Of a DNA stretch of 64,000 bases, positions 1 to 11,936 are shown piece after piece (the stretch's first letter is position 1; each line of letters opens with the position of its first letter). Below the pieces are notes generated by a model. That model was not told the DNA's origin and did no database searches. It worked only from the letters and a program-made list of their open reading frames with translations. Source of the stretch: the human T2T-CHM13v2.0 reference genome, Homo sapiens; assembly GCF_009914755.1 (NCBI RefSeq), contig NC_060947.1. The stretch is one strand, 5' to 3'. Position numbers and translations under genes: made by a program.

Positions 1-150
1 TGGTTGCCTTCAGGAAGGGTAACAGGGTGTCTGGGGGCAGAGGAGGAAGAGACATTTACTTTTCACCCTATACCTCTTTGTATCTTTTGAATCTTGTATT
101 GAGAGAATATATTACTGCTTGGAGCAATAAATAAATGAATACATAAATAA
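1..150 (+). mobile_element. Old L1 (L1M-type) 3' end fragment
   Basis: 'tggttgccttcaggaaggg...ttactttt...tatacctctttgtatcttttgaat' followed by an A-rich tail resembles an L1MC/ME 3' UTR. Confidence 0.55.
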
Positions 151-249
151 ATAAGGATAACCAGACCCTTCCAGTGAGAAAGATAAACACCTACATTTCA
201 ATACCAAAAATCAAGTTCCCCAGGACCCTTGTGAATATATATGATGCAG

Positions 250-402
250 TGGGCTGTGGAGACAGCAGAATTGGGTTCAAATCCCAGCTCTGTCACTTTC
301 TAGATGTGCGACCTCGTGATGTAATAATGATCATGCATGCATCCTAAAATTGAAGTGAAACTGAAATAAGATGAGGTCTGAAAATGTTCTAGCACAGTGT
401 AA
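250..402 (+). mobile_element. MIR SINE
   Basis: MIR core 'gggttcaaatcccagctctgtcact' and 3' part 'aaataagatg...ctagcacagtg'. Confidence 0.7.
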
Positions 403-724
403 CACAGTATATCTTCACTCCTTTCTCTTTCAAACCCCAATCAGCTTACCACTCATCCCCTCATGGCCCCAACCTACCATGTCTACCCCATTAAAGGTAT
501 CACATTGATCTTCTAAGCAAAATTTAATGCTGACTACCAAACAGACTACAGCACTGGTGCCAGTCACTGGTATAAAACTCCTAGGTCTCCATTGTTCCCC
601 CTAACACCTCACATAATATAAAAATTAGGTTGGCCCTTAGGCCCCCGAATATCTGCCATCAGAGTCAAATCCATTGTTCCCCATGTGGCTCCATGTGTAC
701 TTTTTTGGTAGGGAAAGGTGAGTG

Positions 725-762
725 AGTGTGTGTGTGTGTGTGTGTGTGTGTCCGTGTGTGTG
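725..762. repeat. (TG)n microsatellite
   Basis: Direct reading. Confidence 0.95.
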
Positions 763-2259
763 AAGGGACTAACATGAATAATGATCAAAGTGTCTTGAAT
801 GTTACATGTCTTTGAACCGAAATATTAAGTCACTTTCACTCAAAAATAGATTTAAGGACAAGACTTGGTTGCAATTAGCACTTTTACAAATAAATGCATT
901 TTGCAAGTGATTTGATTTGGGGGATCATTTTGGCTGTTAAAATGCCCATGATTGTATTTATTTTCAACAAGTAATAAAACCTTGATTGTTCTGCTGCTGC
1001 TGGAGTGATAAATGTACAGCCTATCTCTAATGACCTGACAGACTGTCGAGAACAGAAACGTTATTTGATAGAAAAGTTCATGATTCCTATCATGACACCC
1101 CTTGCTAATTAGGAAAACACAGGCTTTCTGCAATTTCAAAGGCAGTTTGAAATTGCAGGGAAAACACTGATTAAATATCTTACTGGCATCCTTTGGCTTG
1201 CTTTTCCTGGGCGCACAAAATGACTGATACTTGTGTGAAGGTGGACCCAAGTAATTATGGAAAAAAGACCCTAGAAACTTTGGACTGCTTTCAATCAACA
1301 ATCAACTCCCAAGTATTCACAGAGTCCTGACATGGAGGGAAAGATATAGACACATCATACTTAGGCCACTACCTCCAGCAGTTTACTGTATACTTGGGGA
1401 GACCAGATGCATACACTGGAATAGTGAATGATTAGAGCAAGGATATGATAGAAGAAAGTGCTTTACAGGTAGGAAGTCACAGAGGATTTAGTCAGGCTGA
1501 GAGTAGGGTATTCCAGGTGGGGCCAATGGTGGCGGGGGTGGACATTTGAATAAGACAGGACTCTATTTCTCAATACCACAGGCAAATTGTCTTTATTAAG
1601 CATTGATCAGCAAATTTACAAAGCCCCCTGGAACCTCAGGGCATGGACTTTTCATTCTCTGCTGCACCCTGGGTACCCTGTGGGCAAGTGGCAAACACTG
1701 AATGGTACTAAACTCTCTCTGAGGCATGTCTGAGGAAGCTCCTGCGCAGAATCCTAATCCTTATCATTTTGTCCAAAGTCCCAAAGATGACAGTGACCAT
1801 CTGTGATGGCCCACTTCCCCTGTACCCAGGAATATGGGAAGGTTGGGGAGGGGGCAGAAAGCTAAGAGGAGGTAAGGCTTGTATCTCTAATAGCTCAAGC
1901 CTATGATGTGTTTCTGGTCCTGACCTTCAAGCATTTAGGGTACACAAGGAGCTTGGAGCAACGAAGGAAGGACCTAATTATACCTGTCTTGATTAGGCAA
2001 AACCAGTGGAATGGATTAAATTTATACTTATAATGTCTGGTAACTCATAGACACTCCATAAATATTTGTCACATGCCTGAGTGCATAAATGGTCTAAAAT
2101 ACATGAGCATAGGAAAGCAATGGCTGACTTTTCCTAATCTAGGGTTTGTTATCTTAGTGCTGAGTAGACCTACGCTTTCCATTATTATATAAACTCCATT
2201 AGGGCAAGAACCTTGTTTGTATTTTTTACCATTGTACTCTCAGTACCTAGCACAATGTT

Positions 2260-3380
2260 TTACTCTAGGTTCTTTGGTTGCCAGCCACATAAACCAAATG
2301 TCTTTGAGCTGACATTATTGTCAGTTCTGACTAACCAAGGGGACTTGTTGAAAGTGTTTTGGGAATTCAAAACATTTATGGGAAAGTTAAAGAAGAGGTC
2401 TAGACATTGTGGAAGACAGTGTGAAGATTCCTCAAAGACCTAAAGACAGAGCTACCATTTGACCCAGCAAGCCAAATGGTATATACCCAAAGAAATATAA
2501 ATCATTCTATTATAAAGACCCATGCATGCATATGTTCATTGCAGCACTCTTCACAAAGAGAGGAATCAACCCAAATGCCCATCAGTGATAGACTGGATAA
2601 AGAAAATGTGGTACATAGACACCGTGGAATACTACGCAGCCACAAAAAAGAAGGAGATCATGTCCTCTGCAGGGACATGGGTGAAGCTGGAGGACATTAT
2701 CCTTAGCAAACTAATGCAGGAACAGAAAACCAAATACTGCATGTTCTCACTTATAAGTGAGAGCTAAATGATGAGAACACATGGACACATAGAGAAGAAC
2801 AATACACACCGGGGCCTTGCAGAGGGTGGAGGGTGGGGGGAGGGAGAGGATCAGGAAAAACAATTAATGGGTACTAGGCTTAATACCTAGGTGATGAAAT
2901 AATCTGTACAACAAACCCCCATGACACAAGGTTACCTGTGTAACAAGTCTGCACTTGTACCACTGAACTTAAACGTTTTAAAAAAAGAAAGAAGAAAAAA
3001 GAACAGGGCTTGAAAAAGGACAGGAGTCTACAAAGCAGGAACCATAGTGATTGTCTCCTAACAGGGAAGTAGACTCATGCGGGCGCCATTACTGGGAAGA
3101 ATAAACAGTAATTTCTATGCTCATACTACTAGCTTAAGACTCAAAATCCTGTGAGCCTGTATCTAATCAGCTGAGCTTAAATTTTGTGCTATACTGAGCA
3201 GTGAGAGGAAGGATGTGGCAGAAAAAATCTTCAGGAGCACTTTGGTTTTGATAGTGGTAGAAGTATGAATTTACCATCCCACCAAGAATATCCACAATGG
3301 GGAAGAAGTCATTCTACAAAAAGAAAGTAGGGTGTTAGGAATGAATGAGTAGGTAGGAAAAAACCCCACATGTTCACCTC
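2260..3380. mobile_element. Old ERVL-type LTR (LTR33-like) split by the L1 at 2402-3000
   Basis: 'tcaaaatcctgtgagcctgtatctaatcagctgagctta' resembles LTR33; sequence reads through the L1 (TSD-like aaagaagaggtct / aaagaacagggct). Confidence 0.4.
2402..3000 (+). mobile_element. 5'-truncated L1PA (older primate subfamily): ORF2 end, 3' UTR and A tail
   Basis: Peptide [26 protein letters not shown]...SKLMQEQKTKYCMFSLIS matches the L1 ORF2 C-terminus; G-rich 3' UTR; poly(A). Confidence 0.93.
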
Positions 3381-3504
3381 ACACAATATAGAAGTGGATA
3401 TACTTTGGTTGAATGATAACTAATTCAGTAGCATCCTTCTTCAGTGAGGGTGGGATAGTGCTAAGAAGAATAGATCTCTCCCCTACCCTGAGGCCTCATT
3501 CAGG

Positions 3505-4283
3505 TGAGAGGTGAAGCCAGCTGGACTTCCTGGGTCGAGTGAGGACTTGGAGAACTTTTCTGTCTAGTTAAAGGTTTGTAAACACACCAATCAGCACTCT
3601 GTAAAAACGCACCAATCAGTGCTCTGTGTCTAGCTAAAGGTTTGTAAACACACCAATCAGTACTCTGTAAAAACACACCAATCAGCGCTCTGTGTCTAGC
3701 TAAAGGTTTGTAAATGCACCAATCAGCACTCTGTAAAAACGGACCAATCAGTACTCTGTAAAATGGACCAATCAGCACTCTGTAAAATAGACCAATCAGT
3801 AGGATGTGGGCGGGGCCAAATAAGGGAATAAAAGCTGTCCACCCGAGCCGGCAGTGGCAATCCACTCGGGTTCCCTTCCACGCTGTGGGAGTTTTGTTCT
3901 TTGCTCTTAGCAATGAATCTTACTGCTGCTCAGTTTTTGGGTCCGCACTACCTTTAAGAGCTGTAACACTCACTGCGAACGTCTGCAGCTTCCCTCCTGA
4001 AGCCAGTGAGACCACGAAGCCCCCGGGAGGAACAAACAACTCCTGAAGCGCCATCTTTAAGAGCTGTAACACTCAGGGGGAAGGTCTGCGGCTCCACTCT
4101 TGAAGTCAGCGAGACCACGAACCCACCAGAAGGATGAAACTCCAGACACAGCTGAACATCTGAATGAACAAACTCCGGACACACCATCTTTAAGAACTGT
4201 AACACTCACTGGGAGGGTCGCCGGCTTCATTCTGGAAGTCAGTGAGACCAAGAACGCAGCAGAAGGAACCAATTCCAGACACA
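3505..4283 (+). mobile_element. Solo LTR12 (HERV9 LTR)
   Basis: Starts TGAGAGGTGAAGCC and ends CCAGACACA; eight ACCAATCAG repeats; repeated 'gagctgtaacactcac' U5 units; 4-bp TSD cagg/tagg. Confidence 0.93.
3585..3835 (+). promoter_or_regulatory. LTR12 U3 promoter: tandem CCAAT (NF-Y) boxes, GC box, AATAAA TATA-like box
   Basis: 8x CCAATCAG, GTGGGCGGGG at ~3806, AATAAAA at ~3827; known ERV9 promoter layout. Confidence 0.75.
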
Positions 4284-4506
4284 TAGGTATTCACTAGTTA
4301 CGTTTTAAGACTAAAGTGAATCAGGATGTGCTGAGAGAGCTGAAGTGTTAAAGATAAGCGTCCCAGAATGATAGATAAGAGTGCTGTTAGAAAAGGTGAT
4401 CTTTAGAGATACTGGGTACACAAGTTGGCCTCACTCTAAGGAAAGCCAATGTATTAAAATGAGCTTTATTGTTTGTCTACGTTGTCACCTTGCCATGTCT
4501 CTCCAG

Positions 4507-4611
4507 ACAAGCACCTCTTCAGCCCCAATACTAGGAAATATTCCCCAAACCTCCATTCTGCACCCTAATTACTTAAGCCCAATAAAGACCCGGATCATGC
4601 AGGCTGGGAAA
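4507..4611 (+). CDS. Weak candidate internal exon (105 nt, phase 0-0): TSTSSAPILGNIPQTSILHPNYLSPIKTRIMQAGK
   Basis: Acceptor 'atgtctctccag|', donor 'AAA|GTGTGA', open frame, non-repeat sequence; no recognised homology. Confidence 0.2.
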
Positions 4612-5216
4612 GTGTGATTCATTATAAAGTATACCTTTATGTCTTTGCACTTGAAAGGGCATTTTTTTAATTACACTTTTTGAAGGTGCTTCACCATAAA
4701 GCTTTTTATGAGTTCCCTTAAATATTTGAAAATATATTTTGATCCCAACTTCCAGGACCTTTCAGCTCTGATTAAGGAGTGCTCTGTTGTCTGAGAAGGA
4801 AAGCTAGGAGGAGTGTTACTTCCATTCTCCACCTCACCAGGCTAATGGCATTATGTTCACAAAGTGAGATTCCTAAAAAGGGAGAGGCAGAAGAAATCAA
4901 TATTAAGTAGTAACTTCAAATACTGAAAAAATTTCATCTCATCTAAATGCGTAAGAAAAGTACAGATGTTTCCTTAATATATGCAGTCCTATGCAAATGA
5001 TTATGTAAATTAAACAAAAAGTTGGGACTGGCAGATTCCCAAGTTTGCTAAGACTTACTTATGTTAACCTAGAATTCATCATAGAAACAAGGGTAAGGAT
5101 TGTTGTTTACATCTCCTTCACTTAGATGTGAGGGGAGGCAAGATTGAAGGATATGCTACCTTAATAAAGTGAAGACACTCAAATCCGGGGACATGCTAGA
5201 TAGATGGTTAGATGAG

Positions 5217-5714
5217 TAGATAGACAGTTTTCACCTTCAAAATGTTAGCCAACTCATTCATCATGCTCAGTTGGTTGTGGGCAGCAATGGGACTAGAAAT
5301 GGAAATGAATCTGAGTTGGAGTGAATTTTGATGAAGGCCTAGTTCATGCAAGAAAGATTTTTTTCTTTTTTACATCCTCAGCTCACAAATTCCAAGAGGA
5401 ATGGAGAATTTTAGAGACAGTTACAGGGGAAGAATAAAGACCTAGTGTAACGGGCTATATCAAATCTTCATGCACTGGCCCTTTCAGAAGGAGAGACATA
5501 AAGATATACTTTATCATGGATCGCTCTTTCCTACCCTGCATGATCTGGGTCTTTAGTGGACCTGAGAAATCAGGTTTCTTAGGTTTCTAACTATAGATAG
5601 ATAGTAACTAACTATAGATAGACAGTTAGGTTTCTAATTACAGATAGATAGATGAATGAGCTGGCTAACATTTTTAAGTTGAAAACTATCTATCTATAGT
5701 TAAAAACCTAAGAA
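5217..5714. repeat. Nested inverted repeats (46-bp and ~32-bp arms)
   Basis: 5217-5262 is the reverse complement of 5651-5696 (42/46); ~5574-5605 is the reverse complement of ~5685-5716 (1 mismatch). Confidence 0.9.
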
Positions 5715-6224
5715 ACTGGGGCTGGTGACAGTGCAGATAGTGAGGGATAGAAGAGAATTTTTCTCTTCTCTCTGCCTCCTTTAGACCTGAGTCTAGAAAT
5801 ATGAGCAGGTAAAGGTTTCAGAGAGGCTTGGCAGTCTTTGAATCTGGTAGCTCTCTAAGTCCAGCATGCTAGTCATTATGGGCACTTCCTCTGTGCCCAT
5901 TTCTATGCTAAGCTCCGTAGAGGATACAATGAAGTAAAGGCCACAGTCCTACACACATAAAAATGGGCTGTCCTTCGTGTAATAAAACATCCATACCTAC
6001 AACAGTTTGTCCACAGTAACATATGTTAATTCTTAAAATTGTGTGGTAGAGACCTTGAAGCATAACAAATAGTAACTACTTAATTACTAGTCCAATTCCA
6101 CAAATATTTATTGAGAATCCACTATACTTGATGTACTGAACAAGACAGTTCCTAAACTTGTCTGGGGAGACAAGTGTGCAGTAACAATACACTATTTGAT
6201 ACTTTCATATGCTAGGAAGTTTCA

Positions 6225-7170
6225 ATTTATACAACTGGCAGAAGGGCAAACAGGTATAGCCTGTTTGGAAAACTGTTCTGTAGTTTCTAAGAAAGTTAAA
6301 CACACCCTATGACCCAGCAATTCTCCTGGGCATATACACCCTAGAGAAATGCAAACGTGTCAACCAAATATTTGCACACAAATGTTCATAGCCACATTAT
6401 TCATAACAGCCAACATGGTGGAAACAACCAAAACGTCCATCAGCAGGTGAATGGATAAACAAATTGTGGGACATTCATCCAATGGAATACTATATAACAG
6501 TAAAAAATGAACTATGCACACACACGACAACATGGATAAATATAAAACATGTTGAGTCAAAGAAACCAGACACAAATGAGTCTGGCTTCTTTGACGGTAC
6601 AATTTCATTTATATGAGCAGACAAAAACAATCGATGATTATAGAAATTGGAATAGTGGTGATCTCTCAGGGAGAAGTCTGTACTGGGAAGGTTTAAAGAT
6701 AGCCTTCTGGCCAGGCGTGGTGGCTCACGCCTGTAATCCCAGCACTCTGGGAGGCTGAGGTGGGCAGATCACGAGGTCAGGGGTTTGAGACCAGCCTGGC
6801 CAACGTAGTGAAGCTCCATCTCCACTAAAAATACAAAAAATTAGCCGGCCATGGTGGTGGGTGCCTGTAATCCCTGCTACTCAGGAGGCTGAGGCAGGAG
6901 AATCGCTTGAACCCAGGAGGCGGAGGTTGCAATGAGCCGAGATCACGCCATTGCACACCAGCCCAGGCAACAGTGCGAGACTCCATCTCAAAAAAAAAAA
7001 AAAAAACAAAAAAAAACAAAAACAAAACACAAAAAAAGCCGGGGGGAGCCTTCTGGGAGGCCGGAAATGGTGCTTTCATAGCTAAGTACACATATAAAAG
7101 TTCATTCAGTTGCACACTTAAAATAATGTACTTTATGCATCTTATTGTAGTATGCTGTCTCTCAGTTGAA
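6225..7170 (+). mobile_element. L1M (MD/ME-type) 3' end interrupted by an Alu
   Basis: 'ctatgacccagcaattc...caaatgttcatagc...gtgaatggataaacaaattgtgg' L1 3' motifs; resumes after 7040. Confidence 0.8.
6709..7038 (+). mobile_element. AluS (Sg-like)
   Basis: Full dimeric Alu with long A tail; flanking agccttct duplication. Confidence 0.95.
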
Positions 7171-7199
7171 AAGTAGAGGGAAAACCCCATTCAAGCTAT

Positions 7200-7720
7200 T
7201 GAGCACACTTTAGCAATGTCTATCCAAACTTCAGTGTATATAAACTTAGCTCAGAAATTCCACTTATAGCATTCTATCCTAGCTCAACAATTCAAAAATT
7301 TATGGGCAAGGTTATTCAGTGCAACCCTGAAATAGTGAAAACTGGAAATAAGCTAAAGCTTTTCAATATCAGAAGGGTTAAATAAATGTGGGCTATATAT
7401 AGTATGGAATAATATGCAGCTAAGAAGAAGCTATACCAATTTGATTAATAATACAAATATATCCACAATATATTTTTCTGCCATAAAGAAATTTGCATGA
7501 CAGTACATGTAGCATGATAAAGTATGTGTAAAAACAAAACTTTGTGTGTGCATGCATGTCCATAGTTATACAGAAAAAAGTAAGGACACACTCCTCATTG
7601 TTGATAGTGGTTTACCTCTGGGGAGAAGTATTGATGAGGCTTTCACTTTGTATTTTACATACTTCTGTATATGTTGAATTTTTATAGAGTATCTATAACT
7701 TTTGTAGTTTAAAAGTTTAG
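7200..7720 (+). mobile_element. L1ME-type 3' end
   Basis: 'aaattccactt...aaactggaaataa...ggttaaataaatgtgg...gatagtggtttacctctgggg'. Confidence 0.65.
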
Positions 7721-7784
7721 TAATAATAGGAATATATGCAGTGTGATGAATTTCCCTGAGATGTAACAGTGAAAATGATCAAAG

Positions 7785-8760
7785 GGTTTTTGTTGACAAA
7801 GATGATAAATTCAGTCTTGGACATCTGGTTTTGAGATGCCTGTGGGACATTCAGGTGGAGATGTCTAGAAGGGAGTTGGATATGTAAGTCTGGAGGAGAG
7901 AAGAGTGGTTAGGGATGGAAATGGAGATTTTGGCAATATCAATGGTAATTGAAGCCACCTTAGGAGTGAATGCGATTCCCAAGGGGGAGTACACGGAGGA
8001 AGAATGGAAGCAAGTAGGCCCAGAAATGAGGAGCACTGAGGGCCAGGCATAGGCGGATCATCCTGCAAGGGACATCCTGAAGGAATGGTTGGAGAGGTAG
8101 GAAGGAAACCAGAAATATGAGGTCCCATGTAAGCCAAGGAAACTTTAGTGAGATCCAAGAGGTTGAGCAGTGAGGAAGGAGAAGAGGGCAATGTAGCTCT
8201 TTGAATAAACGTAGCCACTAAGTTGCAAAAGTTGGTGGAGGGGTGGAGGTCACTGGAGGAGACTGAGGTTGAGAAAGTTTTTTAAAATGTAGTATTAAGA
8301 TAAGAGAGAGATGAACACATTTACATGGTTAAGGGAAGTACCTAGCAGAAATATAGAGGTTGAAATATTGAGGGGGGACATAATTTAGCCAGTAGAACAA
8401 GGAAGGAAGGGATGGGATCCATGGCACAGATGGAAGGATTCCTCTTAGAAGGTGAGGCACTCCACTGTAACAGGAAGGAAGGTGGCAAGGGTGGGTGTGG
8501 ACGCAGGCAAATATATAGATTTGGTAATCGGAATTTAAGGGAGCTCTCATCTGATAGCTTCTATTTTCTCTGTGAAGTAGGAGGTGAGGCAACCTGCTGA
8601 GAGTGAGAAGAGACTGATAAGATGGAGAAGGTTTAAAATAGCTGCTATAGAGAACAGGAGGAAGAGCTAAGTAGCAAAACAGAAAAATTTGTAGGTCTCC
8701 TTAAAGATCCACTTGAGGTGAGAGACTATAGTCTGCATAATTTGGGGGGATTGTGTGGGA
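7785..8760 (-). mobile_element. L2 LINE fragments
   Basis: Antisense L2 motif 'ttcagtcttggaca...tttgagatgcctgtgggacattcaggtggagatgtc...agttggatat'. Confidence 0.8.
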
Positions 8761-9064
8761 TCATCCCCTGGGAGAGAGGGCAGAGGTGGAGCATTTACAC
8801 AGTGTCAAAATCCCTCATCAAATGGGTTAACTGATTCAAATAACTAGTCAATTCAGTGAAGAAAACATAGTGGCACAATTACTTGACACAAGAGCCCAAC
8901 TTCTGATTACTGCCCCAGCTGAAGCATTTGGATTTAATTCCATTACCCAAGGTTCTGCAGCATGCTGGAGAAAAGGAAACCCTAACAGTAGCATTTCATC
9001 ATTCTAGTCACAGCTCAGAGGCAGCTCCCTATTCGCACCCTCACCTACAATTCTTTTTAAAATG

Positions 9065-9550
9065 GAATGCTTCTCATTGCAGCAATATTTATGGTGACAG
9101 AGAGTTGAAGGCAATCCGGCATCCATCACCAAGAGAGTGGAGAGGCAAATGTGGTGGATACACGTTCTCAAGTAGTTTGCAGCAATTGGAAATAAGAGAT
9201 TAGTTGTACATAGAGAAACATGTATAGATTTTTAAAACACAGTGCTGGGTAAAAAAAAAAAAAAAGAATAGCAAGAAGCAGAATAATATATATATAACAC
9301 AATACCACAATACACAGTTTACAGAAATTTCAAAAGACATTCTTTCAAACTGATAATACACATTTTGTAACAACACATGCAAACAAAAATATCTTAAGCA
9401 GAAGACAATAGTTGCTAATGAGGGAGGAAGGAGAATTTGAGTGAAGTGTGGGGATGACAGGGAGTAAATAAATCAAGCAAGTTACCAATGATGATAAATG
9501 TGCCATGAGCTGAGTTTGATTAACTCAACCCTCTGCACCTAAGGCACTAA
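9065..9550 (+). mobile_element. Ancient L1ME/HAL1-like 3' fragment
   Basis: Degenerate L1 3' motifs 'tcattgcagcaatattt...caaatgtggtggatacac'. Confidence 0.45.
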
Positions 9551-9719
9551 CTAAATACAGAAATAAATGAGTTGAAATGCTTTTCTAACCTCTTGTACAT
9601 TTTGTTTCAAGCAACATCTTTATCTTCAACCCATAACAATTGGCCCACATAGGATCAGTGTTGGAGGACAGTGTGCAGGTTATCTAGGGCTGCCCCTCAC
9701 CTCATCATTTGTGGGTTTT

Positions 9720-10430
9720 CTTTGCAGCTTTATTGAGGGATAATTGATAAATCAAAATTGTATATATTCAAGGTATGCAATGTGATGTTTCAATATATGT
9801 ATACATTGTAAAATGATCTCCACAATCAAGCTAATTAACATACCCATCATCTTACACAGTTAACTTTTTTGTGTGGCAAGATAGTTAAGATCTACTCTTA
9901 AAGTCTACTCTTTTATCAAATTTCAAGTATACAATATGGTATTCTTACCTATAGTCACCATGCTGTACAACAGATCCCCAGAACTTATTTATCTTATAAC
10001 TGAAAATGTGTATCCTTTAACCAACATCTCCCCATTTCTCCAACCCAGTCTATCCCTAGATTACCCCCAGGTAGCAAACCCTTTTACTCGTTAGATCCTA
10101 CATATAAGTGATATCATGCAATATTTGTCTTTCTGTGTCTGGCTTATTTCACTTACCATAATGTCTCCAGGTTCGTCCATGCTGTCACAAATGGCAGAGT
10201 TTTTTCTTTTTAAGGCCTAATAATATCCCCCTGTGTATATACACTACGTTTTCTTTATCCATTTATCTGTTGATGAATGCTTAGGTTGATCCCACATCTT
10301 AGCTATTGTAAATAATGCTGCAATGAACATGGGAATGCAGGTATCTCTTCAACATACTGATTTCATTTCTAGTGGATATATACCAAGCAGTGGTATTGCT
10401 GGATCACATGCCAGTTCTATTTTTTGTTTT
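9720..10430 (-). mobile_element. L1MA (MA8-10-like) 3' end
   Basis: 'gctttattgaggga...aattgtatatattcaagg...caatcaagctaattaacata' to 'gtggtattgctggatcacatg'. Confidence 0.88.
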
Positions 10431-10802
10431 TACCCCACCACTTATTTTATGAATGAGGAAACTGAGGCCCTGAGAAGGAAAATGACCTGGCTAAAGTCAC
10501 ACATTTAGTTGCAAAACCTGGATGTCTCCTGGCGTCTACTACTCTTTCCCCTGTGTACCATGCATACTCATTCAGGGAGATTCTCACTGGCTTTGTGGTT
10601 GTGTTGTTGTTGTTGTTTGCTTCTTAAATGAATTAAACTCCATTCTGTGGTTTCTGCTTCATTCATAATTTTTTAAATTTAGAAATAAAAGCAGGAAAAA
10701 GGTGTGTCGTCCTGCCTGGCCTACATGGCGGAAGGGTGGTTAAAGTCAGTAAAGCTTACCTGATGCCAAGGGTGCTCAACAATTTTTTAAACCTATTACA
10801 TT

Positions 10803-11172
<370 letters not shown>

Positions 11173-11435
11173 TTAAAAATCTAATAAACAAGTCAGTCAT
11201 AATAATAATAATAATGTTATCTCTATTGTACTCTAACAATGCCTCACAGGACCTGGCAAAAAATTGCTGTTTATCAATATGCCTCAGCCTTGTGTCATAC
11301 TTCAAATAGAACAGTTGCCTGCCCTAACCATGCTCACTTATACGCCCAGGAGGCAAGAGAACAGGCAGTCTTTCTGCATACCTGTGTGATAGTGTTCTGT
11401 GACATTTGATTTTTTAAGATTAAAAAACCCACCAA

Positions 11436-11790
11436 TTTAACAGCTTTATTGAGGTATAATTGATACACAAATAACTGCACATATTTAAGGTGTATAATGT
11501 GATGAATTGGAACATATGCACACACCTATTTGACCATCACCACAGTCAAGGTAATAGACATATCCAATACCTCCCAAGCTTTTTGTGTTCTTTCTTTTTG
11601 TGGTAAGAACACATATCGTAAGATCTACCCACTTAAGATGTTTTGAAGTGCACAATACCGTATTGGTAACTATAGGCACTATGTCATACAGCAGATCTCT
11701 AGAACATATTCATCTAGCATAACTGACACGTTATACCCATTGAACAACAAATCCCCAGTCCACCTCCCTGCTCCTGCCCCTGGACACTTC
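11436..11790 (-). mobile_element. L1MA 3' end
   Basis: 'cagctttattgaggtataattga...gcagatctctagaac'. Confidence 0.85.
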
Positions 11791-11936
11791 TTTGATGTTG
11801 CTGCACACCTCTTCCCCCTTACATCGAGTTGAACTTCACTGTATATTGTATTGAGTGACATGTTCAACTCAATATTGTCTCTGAGAGTCATCATAATACT
11901 TTGTATGCTTGGCTGTAGCAAGAATATATTGCTTCC

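Noticed and set aside
852-1301. 149-aa minus-strand ORF in unique sequence
   Set aside because: Non-ATG start, no recognisable domain or splice structure; composition typical of a chance ORF
3500-4297. ORFs with repeated ADWC.YKPL motifs; CRISPR-like periodicity
   Set aside because: Translations of LTR12 CCAAT tandem repeats; no unique spacers or cas genes, and the DNA is primate
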